Below, piece after piece: positions 37,760 through 49,203 of a stretch of DNA of 64,000 nucleotides. A model generated the notes under the pieces. That model saw only the letters and a list, made by a program, of their open reading frames with translations. It was not told the DNA's origin and ran no database searches. Every line of letters starts with the position of its first letter. Positions within the stretch are counted from its first letter, which is position 1. Source of the DNA: Psammoneis japonica (lineage: Eukaryota); contig QPGO01000083.1 in assembly GCA_008632985.1 (NCBI GenBank), positions 161,075 to 225,074 on the forward strand, in the 5' to 3' direction. The position numbers were made by a program, and so were the translations under genes.

Positions 37760-40215
37760 AGACTGCACCGAGGCCATGTTGGATTTTGCTGTCCCGCTGC
37801 AAGGAGCATCACATCACAACCCAGTGACACTGCATGGACCAGTCACCGCGGCATCCAGTCACGACCTTCCAACGGCCATCATCACACACTGTCGGGCACA
37901 AGGAGCTGCAGACAAAGGCCAGATTCAAGTCACTCATTGTGTGTCAACCCATCCCATGACTGTGGTGGGACCGGCTCAGCCCTGGGACAACAAAACCTGG
38001 ACCATTGCAAGAGATCTCACGCGTGGACAGTTTGCGCTCATGGAATTTGGGGACAATGCTTTTGCCCTCACCAATCAGGGACCATGAGTTCCCACACTCA
38101 CGACACGCCACAAATGCACATCACAGCAGCACCCAATGGGCTCCACCCTCACATTTCAGCAAACTCACCCAAAGCAGTTAAAGTGAGAACCTGAAATGTC
38201 ATGTGTGTGTGTCTCAAGTTTGTCCGTCGCCTCCTGCCAACACCGCTGCAACCCAAGGATGCATGCACACAGACTCACAGGGCAGCCATTGCCACATGTG
38301 TGCAGATTCATGGGGCTGCCATTGCCGCCAATGAAGTCACTGCTGTCACCCCTTTGTTGGGTTGTTTGCATGTTGCTTGCTGTGCCACACAGAACTCCCA
38401 ACTTCAGTCAGCCATGGCACAAGCTTGGCTTGCCATGGCTTGGCCTCCAAACAAAGCACTTGCTCATTTCATTGATTTTAAAGTAGAGCACAACATCCCA
38501 GGTTGCAGCGGGCATGTGCAGTTCACTGGCCAGCAGTTCCAGCCCATCGTCATAGTGATCGAAGAACTCATGGTGGAGCAGCATCAACAATGGCAAGATG
38601 CCAACAAAAGAGCATGCACCTCAACACACGGAAAAGCACTCAGCAAGTTCTGGGGGGATTTTGGAGTCACCAAGATTCTGTGCTTGTGTCAAGTTTACAA
38701 CAAAGCCACCCTGCCACCATTCTGGGCAGCACTCACCTCAGCACAGAAGACCAGCTGACTGTTGGTCATTCAGAATGCAATTGATGAGCAGCGACAAGTC
38801 TTTGCCATGCACTTTGACTCACCCGTCACCGTCAACCTTATCACCAAGCTTGTGCAGCTGGATTTTTCTGGTTGCAATCAAGAAAAACCAACCCAGGGGA
38901 GCCAAGAGCTCTTTTCTGCATTGGCCAACTAGCCAGCGCAGCCACAACCCCCAGTTGTGGAGAGTTCAAAATGGCGGTGCATCCACCCTACAAATTGTGG
39001 ACAGGATGTTGCTGCTGCCATTTGCAATGACAAACCTGGTGAGCATGTAAAAATGACACCGTTGTTTTGCATTGTGAAGGACTCAGTTACCCTGCACATT
39101 GTCACAGCGGCAGAGGTGATTGGAGTTGACTCCTCAGGAGCCAACAACATCCCAGGCATTGTTCACTTTGCACCTGCAAGCACCAATGAGCCCCCATCAC
39201 CGTCGCCAACAAGCCATGGATGTGTGCTGAGCCAGACACCAATCCAAATGCAAGCACATCAAGCTTTTGCAAATGACGCAGCTGACATGGTTGAAAAAGG
39301 CTTCTGGACCGTTGTCCCATGCTCCAAAGTGCAAGACACCCCAGGCCTTGGGTTGAGCCCGACTGGCATGGTTCTGCAACATGGCTGCCAATCGTGCCCC
39401 ATCATGGGCTGCACCTTTTGTGGTCTCAACCCTGCAACACAACCAAACACCACCATGGAATCCATGCAATTTGGCCAAGCCTTCAATTGCGTGTCATGCC
39501 ATGTCCTCCTTGCCAACCCCAGCAAAGGCAAAGTCTGCCTCATGAAGACAGACATCTCACTGACAGATGCCACAGGATGCATCTGGCTCTGGATGGAGCA
39601 CCTGTCCTGGGGGTGATTTTCCTTGGCTTGCCAGGAGAGCCAACAATTTTGACATTGTGTGCAATGCCCAAGCACTGCCACATCCGCTTGAACCTTTGCT
39701 TCAGAGCAGACCCAAAAAGCACCAGGCAACAACAACACCTGATCCGACACACTCTGTCCCCATCCCGGCCCATCCCAACCCGCACCTGCAGCACCGCCAT
39801 CGCCGCCATCTCCTGCACATGTGGACACACATGTTGACAACTTTGTTGGAGCATTGCAGGGTTCATGCCGGGCATGCCAAAACATCCATCGCATCATCTC
39901 ACACGTGCTGGGGCTGGATGACATCTTTCTGACACTCAACTCTGCTGACCCGGCCACCCGCAAGGAGCCTGCATCATCAGTTGAAAAGCTCTGCCAGTGT
40001 GATGCCACATGGTCTGCGCACAGAAAGAAGTGCTGGGATGGATCATTGACACTCAATCAATGACCATCAGACTCACGCTGCACCGGCGTGAGTGCCTTCT
40101 TGCTGCGCTGCACAAGGATTTTCCCCTTGCACTCAAAGACGTGCCACCGCCACTGACTTCCACAAGCTCTTGGGTGAATTGCGCTCTCTCGGCATTGCAG
40201 TTCCCGGGCTCACGC
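37760..40215 (+). mobile_element. Decayed, 3'-truncated Ngaro/DIRS-type retrotransposon (gag-like + RT)
   Basis: DMVEKGFWTVVPC..LSPTGMV..MQFGQAF..LLANP..VCLMKTDI, then HVDNFVG (YVDD site, 39830-39841), RKEPAS..KL..DATWS, LGWIIDT, LLGELRSL.IAVPG. These match the pattern of diatom tyrosine-recombinase retroelement RTs. No recombinase gene seen. Confidence 0.75.
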
Positions 40216-40568
40216 AGTTGACACTCAGAGCTTCAAAAGAACCTCCAGCACACCAACATGAGGCCGCCCGGCGAAGAAGAAGATGGCGACGGTGCGACCG
40301 TGCGCACAAGCCCGTCTTTTCCTACATGCAGTAATCCCTAGCCCTTTCGCAATGCGGAGGTCTGCCAATCCACGACTCTATTCTTCGTATTCCAGCTATT
40401 CGCGTCGTCGCTAAATACTACTCAACAACCCAAACATATAGCACAGGGCGTATCTTTTAATGCTCTTAACAGCTACGACTAGCGTAGAGTTGAAGGAAAG
40501 AATGTGCCACTGAATCGCCTGGCTCTGCTTGTTGCACCAACCTGCGGTGGTTTTCATCCACAGCTTCA

Positions 40569-41992
40569 TCATAGCTCACAAATATCCAACGCGTCATCTG
40601 AATCTCCATCCTTTGCTACCGTGTATTGGGCCTTAACTTTTCTCGGATTGGGCCAGAATTCTTCATCGTAATAGGGGCCCATCACTTCCACCACCTCCTC
40701 ACCATCACCTTCGTTGTACTCATCGTACCGTTCACGGTGTAGCTTTCGCATCATTTCAACGTGCTTCTTGTATGCTTTCTCGTATTGTTGGTGGGCCTGC
40801 TCACCCAAGACAGGAGAATGTTTAATAATGTGGCCACAAAAGGACAACATGTCCTGGGTGGTGTGATTGCGCGTGATTGGGCGCCCGCACAAGGTGAGAT
40901 CCTCAAACACACAACGAGGGAATAGCAAAGGAGACGGATCGTATTTACCTGGTGATAGCGTTCTGGAAAGGAAAGATGGGCATTCCAGACTTCGTCGATC
41001 GCCTTCGACGGGGAATACTTCTCTGAGTTCCAATCCTTGGCCTCCGTTTTTATCGCTAGAAACATTTGATAGTTTTTGACAGCACGTTGGGCCCACTCCA
41101 TTCCGAGGTCTGGGAACCGGGCAGCCATCAAGTTGGTCAATGCACCCCAATCTGGTTCCGTGTCTCCACCCATGCGAATATTCATCGCAGTCGGGGAATT
41201 CTCCGAAAGAACAGTGTATAACTTTATCTTGTAGTCTGCTCTCCATGTAAGTTTATGAGAAAGCTCAAATTGACTATCCGTGTCGCAATCATGGAAGGAC
41301 ATGGCAGAGGCGTTAGCTTGGCCGCGAGCATAGACAACCAACACCCCACCAGCATTCTCCTCCCAATCATTGAGACGTCTAACACATGCTCTTCGTTCGA
41401 GAGGATCACGAGGAAATGCCTCGAACGGGAAGTATTCTCGGACTTCCCCCGCATCTAAGTCCTCCGGGTACTTCTCGCGTCGGGGTCGATCAGATCTGAC
41501 AAGCGACGCGCACACATTGTTCCAAACAGTGTTTACTTGGAGGTGGTAGTCCAACTTGAAGTTGTCAATGGGAGAATTGGCATCTGGCCTGTTGAACGAG
41601 GCGGTTAACTCCTCAGCATAGTCTCCCTTTTTGACAACCGCAACGTCGCGGATCGAATCAGAAATGCCATCGTCCCGTTGTCCGTCATTCATAACGTCGT
41701 GATTGGGATCAGCGAAGAGGACTCTGTTAAAAGTTGCCTTTCCCTTCACATTGGTAGTGCCTGCTGCCAACGTAAAGCGCCCCGTAATTGGATCTTGGAG
41801 CATGGGAACTTGCAATGTGCCCACCATACCGCCCTCTGGAATCAGTTGCGTTTTGCAGCTCCGAAACTTGAACTCTACGGTGACGCGGTTAAGATCACCT
41901 TGAGCCCGTCTCACACGTTTTATAGCGGGTCCATCTCTTTTCCCCGTCCGTTTAGCTCCGGCTGAGCTAACAGTCTCGGGAAGTCTTGACAT
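40569..41992 (-). CDS. Protein with C-terminal GRDP/DUF1399-like domain, 2 exons
   Basis: AVKNYQMFL..SPSKAIDEVWNAHL..PERY. In-frame intron 40854-40948, then DMLSFCGHIIKHSP..YDEEFWP. Confidence 0.72.
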
Positions 41993-42147
41993 GGCCGCGT
42001 TTTTCAATGCGGTGTTAGTCGTTAGTCGCTTCTTATCAACAGTAGCCTATGGTTGTTGTAATGGCGGTATGGGTGTCGCCACTTGGCATTCGCAGAACAA
42101 AGGCGGGTGAAAGGCACGACGATTTGATTTTCATTGACCACTTAGTG

Positions 42148-42323
42148 TGAAGAATTTACCATGTGGTTTTATCGGAAATAGTGTTTAGAACTGTATATTT
42201 GGCGATTCGGAACGGGAAGACTCCATCCGAGATCTACTCACAATCTTAGAAATAGTAGCACGATGTTACAACGATTTTCTATAACTTTACTCTCTAGCAA
42301 GCGACTACGGGGTAATTTATTCA
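42148..42323 (+). repeat. 5' LTR (retains 18 TpA)
   Basis: Ungapped match to 48888-49063 with 21 substitutions. Confidence 0.95.
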
Positions 42324-42989
42324 CTTTATCAGAGCCATCGACGTATGTAACGACAGTGGTAATGATTGCTACGCTTGCGAACGATTCGCAATACGACCAT
42401 TCGTTCCAACTTGTCAGAGATGACATGAAAACATCGACGAACGTGAGACGACGTTCGTGCTTGACGAGTATGTAACTCCCAGGGCTAGTTCGGCCGTAAT
42501 ACTTATGGATAACAAAAGTATCGACTGTCCTGATGTGTTTTATGAGCGTAAATACGCGGACACAGAGCGCAAAATTGGATCTGGGACGCCATTTCCATAC
42601 CGAAGTTATCTCGGAGGCAACTGCGTGGCGATTTGAAATCGCCGAGTGAGCATATAAACGCGATATAATTGATAAATTATATATATTTAACCTCACTATT
42701 GGTCAATGTAGACCAGGGAACGAGCACGTTGCCGATGATCGGCACATGCATTATACGATCACGTAGATTGTAACAGTAGCCGTTGTATCTGAATTCCCAT
42801 ACAGATATTTTAATCCACGTCGATTAAATATAAACAGCTATCTGTAGACACGTTGATCGTAGTTATAACGATTACTTTTATGCAACGGTGGAAAAGCGAT
42901 ACGAAGTTCGCGCACCTCACTCACTTTCCGTACACAACCACACAAAAGTTTGCGAGAACATCAAATTACACCGTTCGTAACCACAAACC

Positions 42990-44479
42990 ATGGCGGCAGT
43001 CGCTGCAGCGATGCGTGCTGCCCACACCCGACTGGGGTTTACCACACAAGCAGCCGCGGCTTTAACGATGAGCAGGGAATCGACTCAGTCGATGAACTGC
43101 GTCACCTCGACGACCATGAGGTCGAGACCTCATGCAAGGTCATTCGTCGCCCAGGAGGGGCTGCGGCAGGGAATCCGCCAGCAGGAGGGAACGCCCAACC
43201 CAACCTAGGGATGTCAGTCCCGTTGTGAGCCGAGACGAATCTCAAGCTCGCCGCGCATGCGGCTCGTCACTGCGAGCGCATGTCGCGGACGTTGCGAGCT
43301 GTCGACATCAACCTTGCACCAGTGCGAGGCTGCCGACACTTCCGTGCCACAGAGGAGACCTGCGCACTGCCCAAAACGCTGCCAACGATCATCGAGAAGG
43401 ACTGGCCGAAGACGATCGAGTCGATTCAGGAGCATCTGCGGGCATGCCGAGGCGAGACGAAAACACCGCCAGCGCACGTCATCCGTGACAACCAGGAAGT
43501 GACTCCCAAGGCCGATGATCCAGCCACCAACTGCGACAATCCCATCGAGGAGATGATCGCAAGGGCCCCGCATTTTGCTGCTGGGAACGACCCTCAACCT
43601 GCCGAAACGTTCACGGCCGACAACATCAAAGTGTGGGAAATCATTGCAGGCATTGCGCGAGAACACACGAGTTGGGCCTGTGTCAAGTCGGCCCAGAGGA
43701 GTCAGGATGGCAGGACAGCCCACCTGAACCTGTGCAACCATTTCTTGGGCCCCAACAATGCAGATGACATGGCAAACGCCGCTGAAAAGCGCCTTGCCAG
43801 TTTGTCCTGCCACGGGGAAAAGCGCAATTGGAACTTCGAGCGCTGCGTGTGAGTTCATGTCGAACAACACGCGATTCTGGATGGCTTGACCCAGCATGGT
43901 TATGCCGGGATCGACGCACAATCCAAGGTCCACCATCTCCTTGCAAGTGTCAAGGACTCGTCGCTTGACTCAGTCAAGACGCAGATCATGTCTAGCGCAA
44001 CGTTGCGCAACGACTTTGATGCTTGCGTCATTCTGTTCAAGGACTTCATCAAGCAGTCCAAGCCGGACAATGACGCGAAACGTCTTCGTGTTGCGGCTCT
44101 CAAGGCTGGGAAGCGTAGACGAGAGGCTGTCATTCATGCCGATGACGTGGAGGACAAGTGCCACCCTCCCAAAGAGCACAGCAAGCTGTCTCCCCAGGCT
44201 GGGAAGAAGCTCAAGTCGCTGCGCAACACACATGGTGACACGAAAACCGGCAAGGCCACGGCGGCCGGTGACGCCAAACAGATCAAGGCTCTGACCAAGA
44301 CGGTCACTGCCATTTCAGCTCAGACAGACGATTCATCCAATGAAGGCAGCAGTGAATCTGAAACTGAAGAGCCAATGAAGCCTCCGGCCACCAAGCAGGA
44401 TCGAAACCGCGGCAACAAGGCGTTGATTCGCAAGGCTGCTCGCAAGCACATCCCCAAGGCTGGACATTGCAAGGAGTGA
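42990..44479 (+). pseudogene. gag: Copia gag, disrupted
   Basis: MAAVAAAMRAA..RLGFT, a frameshift near 43063, then EQGIDSVDEL..VIRRPGG and GEKRNWNFE. In-frame TGA at 43226 and 43850, compatible with CGA>TGA. Confidence 0.8.
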
Positions 44480-44485
44480 CTGCCA

Positions 44486-47400
44486 ATGGTGGCTGTCATG
44501 CGGCTCAGTCCGCTGCAGACTTTGCGCTCAACCCAGACAAAGGTCAAGGGACCATCGAACGAAGAGTCTCGCACGGACATCGACAGTCATGCAGACACAA
44601 GCGCACCAGGCAAGCACGCTTTAATTTTACTTGACCATGATGGGCCAGCAGACACAGAAGGGTGCGACCCGACATCAGGTGCCAGCAAGTGTCTGTGCAC
44701 CGTCAGTGGAGCTGTTGCTTGTGCCGATCCTCAGACGGGCCACCCACACGTCTTGGTTGTCCACCAAGCAGTCCATGTGCCACACCTTGAGCATGGCTTG
44801 CTGTGTCCAATGCACTTGTGGCTGAATGACGTGGAACTTTCATTAAAACCGAAGTTTCCACTGACAAAGCCCAATGACAAGGAACATGCGATTGTCGCCA
44901 AGGATGCAAATGGCACTTCATTGACCACACCTTTGGACCTGGAGGGAGTCTCGAGCTGCTTCCCCTCCAGTGTCCCGACTTTATCTCAATGCGAGGATGC
45001 GGCCCAAGAAGGGAGCGTGTGTGAACTCATGCATGAGTCCCCGGAATGGGACCCCACCTCCTCTGATTTCCACGCTGGGGAAGATGCCATGACCGATGCT
45101 CTTGGCAGAGTGCATGAGACCGGGGACGACACGCGTCCTCATGTGCACATTATGAGCACGAAGCTCTCACGCACTGCAGCTCAAGAGACCTCAGACTCTC
45201 TGGGGAATCAGCCGTTGCGTGACATTTCCAATGCATGCGATGACCGTTTGCTGCTGGCATCCATGAAACTGTCTTCGCTCAAGACAACGAAGCGCGGCTT
45301 CAAGGTTGACGCTGAACGTTTGGCCGAGAATTGGTCCATCAGCCTCAAGGATGCTCAGAACACTCTCAAGGTTACGACACAGTGTGGAGCTAGGACGGTT
45401 CTACATCCTGCGCTGTCGCGACGTTTCCGCACCAATGATCGACAACTGCAATGCAGGCGTGTCTCAAAGGAGATGCACTCCAATGCCATGTTCTCCTCTG
45501 TCAAGTCTAGGCGAGGGAATGTGTGCGCGCAAGTGTTCGCAATGTCCAATGGATGGGCACGCGCTCATCCATTGAAGTCAAAACGTCCAGCGCACGAGGC
45601 GTTGTCATTGCTCTTCGTGCAAGAAGGCGTGCCCCATGCTGTGCCAGTGGACGGGGCGAGAGAAGAGACAATGGGGCAGTTTAGCAAGAAAGCCAGGGAG
45701 GCTGATTGCCATGTGAGACAAACTGAACCATGTGCCCCTTGGTCCAACACCGCAGAGGGCACAATTCGTGAACTCAAGCGAGGTGTTGGGCGCAAGATGG
45801 TTAAGTCACAGGCCCCAAAATGCCCATGGGATGATTGCCTGGAACTGGAAGGCCTTGTTGGGTCTAACACCGCTCGAAGCATCTATGAGCTTGACGGTGA
45901 AGTCCCGGAAACTGTTGTGTCCGGTCAGACGGCTGACATCTCGCACACATGCGAACTAGGCTGGTACGACTGGGTCATGTTTCGAGACACGGCAGTCTCA
46001 TTTCCCGAGGACAAGGAAGTCCTGGGGCGACATCTAGGTCCGAGCAGGGATGTGGGCCCAGCTGTGATGGCCAAGACACTCAAGGAGAACGGACAGGCAG
46101 TCCATCGCTCATCTTGTGGGGCACTGACTCCCGAGGAGCAGGGACACAAGACGCACATGGCGTCACGTGAAAAGTTTGATAGGTTGACAGAGGTCAAGCT
46201 AGGCCCTGGTGTGACCGTCGGGGACTTTGACGACCCTGACGCAATTACTCCCACCTTCGAACCGTACGAGGATGACGAGGAACAGGATGTTCCGTCTAGT
46301 GCCTCCGATGAGGATGACATGCCAGACGAAGCCTGCGATCAACATGTCAACGCAGAAGCACTGCCACCTCACGGGGACATGGAACAGACTGGGACAGTGA
46401 AGCGACGTAAGCTCAATCCGGACGGCACACCTGCCGGACGGGCTAACCCAAACCCAATGCTTGACACTCGTGTGCATGAGGTCGAGTTTCCTGATGGACA
46501 GGAAGCAGAATTCGCGGCGAATGTCATCGCTGAGAACATGTTCGCACAGTGTGACAATGAAGGCAACCAGCACTTGTTGCTAGATGCAATTGTTGATCAC
46601 AAGACTGACGGGCATGCTGTCAAGAAGGAGGACGCCTTCATCCAAGACAGTCGAGGACGTCGATCCATGCGCAAGACTGCCAAAGGCTGGCATCTTTGCG
46701 TGCAATGGAAAGACGGACCCACATCTTGGGAACGACTGTCCGACTTGAAGGAATCTAACCCAGTAGAAACAGCAGAGTATGCCAGGGCTAGATCTATAGA
46801 GGATGAACCCGCATTCGCATGGTGGGTTCCCTTTACCTTCAAGAAACGTCAGCAAATCACAGCCGCTGTGAACAAGCGATGTCACAAGCGCACTCACAAG
46901 TGCGGGATGCGCATTCCCAAGACCCATGAAGAGGCAGTCGAGATCGACAAGGCTAACGGCGACCGCTTGTGGCAGGACACCGTAGACAAGGAGATCGAAG
47001 TCGTTACGAAAGCCTTTGAGATTATCGACGATGACGATGAGCTTGTGGGTTACCAGCATGTCCGCTGCCACTTGGCCTTTGATGTCAAACTACAAGACTT
47101 CAAGCGGAAGGCTCGCCATGTCGCAGGGGGACATGCCACTGAACCTCCAGCGACCCTGACGTACGCAAGCGTCGTCTCCCGTGAAAGTGTGAGGATTGCC
47201 TTCGCTCTGGCGGCTCTAAATGACTTGGAGGTTAAGGCTGCGGACATTGAGAATGCCCATGTCACCGCACCTAACAGCGAGAAGATCACTGCAACTCTAG
47301 GACCTGAGTTTGGACCCAATGCTGGGAAGCGTGCCACAGTTGAGCGCGCATTGTACGGATTGAAGAGTGCAGGTGCATCCTTCAGGAACCACTTGGCATC

Positions 47401-48619
47401 GTGCATGCGTCATCTTGGTTGGGAACCATGTCTGGCTGATCCCGATGTGTGGATGAAGGCACAAGTTCGACCAGATGATGGGTTCCGTTGCTGTGCCTGT
47501 GCACTGTTGCATGTCGACGACGTGCTTGTGGCACACCACGACGCTACGTCAGCGCTCAAGGAATTGGACCGATGCTTCAAGATGAAACCCGGATCCATCG
47601 GTGACCCTGAGATGCACCTCGGGGCGAAGATCCGTGAAGTGCAAATGCCGAACGGTGTCTGCGCGTGGAGCATGAGCTCTGGCAAGTGCATCCAACAGGC
47701 CATTGGAAATGTCGAGGGGCACCCAGATGAGTCCACTCCCGGATGGACGTCACCACGCAAGGCAACGGCTCCGTTTCCACGCGACTGTCGACCGGAGCTC
47801 GACATTGCGCCAAAGCTCGATGCAGAGCGGGCTCGATTTTACCAGTCGCAGGTGGGAGTCCTGCACTGGACAGTGGAACTCGGACGAGTCGACCTCACAG
47901 CAGAGGTGTCCAAGCTTGCCTCATTCCTTGCCATGCCTGGAGAAGGTCATCTCGGCGCAGTCCCACATGTGCATGGGTGCCTTGAGAATGGACACAATGC
48001 CACGTCAGCGTTCGATCCGACGTGCCCGGATGTCGACATGTCTGACTTTAAGGAATGTGATTGGCAGGCGTTCTGCAGGGACGTTAAGGAGGCAATTCCG
48101 CCGAATGCACCAGAAGCTCTGGGCAAGGACATTGATCTGCGTCTGTTTGTAGATTCAGATCATGCGAATGACAAAGTGACGAGACGCTCTCGCACTGGTC
48201 ATTTCATCCATTTGAACATGGCATTGATTGCCTGGTTCTCCAAGCACCAGAGCACCATCGAGACTTCAGTCTTTGGTGCTGAGTTTGTGGCTGTGAAGCA
48301 GGGCATGGAAGCTTTGCGAGGCCCAAGGTGCAAACTCAGGATGATGGGAGTCCCGCTCAGCGGACCATCACACATTTGTGGGGACAACATGTCAGTTGTC
48401 CACAACACCCAAAGCCCAGAGTTGACTTTGAAGAAGAAGTCTAACTCCACATGCCACCATGCCGTTGGGGAGTCGGCAGCCATGGGTGAGTCCCTTGCAG
48501 GACACATTAGATCGGAATGCAATCCGGCTGATCTTGCGACTAAGATCATGTGCGGTGGCATCAAGCGAGATGGCCTCGTTGGTGTGATGCTACACGACAC
48601 ATGTGATGATCAAGGATGA
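44486..48619 (+). pseudogene. pol: Copia pol (protease-integrase-RT-RNase H): open frame but missense-riddled
   Basis: IDSHADT, VDGAREE, KARHVAGGH, ADIENAH, ALYGLKSAG, LLHVDD, FVDSDHA..RRSRTG, GDN, NPADLATK. Many expected Tyr read as Cys or His. Confidence 0.93.
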
Positions 48620-48887
48620 ATGAAGAATGAACAGTCGCTTCCTCGACTGACTCTTTTTCTGTTTCTCCTTGCATCCAGCAAGCATGTCAGCTTGCACTGG
48701 CGGGCATGTTGGCTCGCATTCCTTCCATGTGCTTCTTGGAAGGGCACAGTTTTAGACTGGCACCCTTTCCCAATTTGGGTTTCAGCAGGTTGTCAGGGTT
48801 TCCTTGTCACTTGGTTGTGGCTAAATGCTGTCGGAGTGCAAATTGGATCAAGCTGATTCAGTGTCTGCTTCAACGACTTGAGGGGAC

Positions 48888-49063
48888 TGAAGAATTTGCC
48901 ATGTGGTTTTGTCGGAAATGGTGTTTGGAACTGTGTGTTTGGCGATTCGGAACGGGAAGACTCCATCCAAGATCTGCTCACAATCTTGGAAATGGTGGCA
49001 CGATGTTGCAACGATTTTCTGTGACTTTGCTCTCTGGCAAGCGACTGCGGGGCAACCCATTCA
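48888..49063 (+). repeat. 3' LTR (0 TpA)
   Basis: Follows the PPT, ends TTCA and is followed by the AGTG TSD. Confidence 0.95.
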
Positions 49064-49203
49064 AGTGGTTGGTGATTGCAGACTTTTTCGTGTCGGTCCG
49101 GCAGTCGGGCAGTCGGGCAGTCGGGCAGTTTGTCCGAATTTGAAAGTGTGTCCCTTGCATGGATTTTGAAAGGGCATGGGTTGTTCAGCACAGATGAATT
49201 CTT

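Larger units (their letters stand above)
42148..49063 (+). mobile_element. Full-length Ty1/Copia LTR retrotransposon (CoDi-like), hypermutated
   Basis: 176-bp TG..CA LTRs, AGTG TSD (42144-47 / 49064-67), PBS-like TATCAGAGCC after the 5' LTR, short PPT GAGGGGAC, and gag followed by PR-INT-RT-RH. Confidence 0.96.

Noticed and set aside
42148..42323. Classical RIP (CA>TA) acting on the 5' LTR
   Set aside because: The 5' LTR still has many CA/TG sites, and loss of conserved Tyr in Pol, the Ngaro RT and PIF1 shows TA is ancestral.
42148..49063. ADAR editing of the retrotransposon RNA as sole cause
   Set aside because: RNA edits would be copied into both LTRs and be sense-strand A>G only. Here one LTR is spared, both strands are hit, and DNA elements are affected too.
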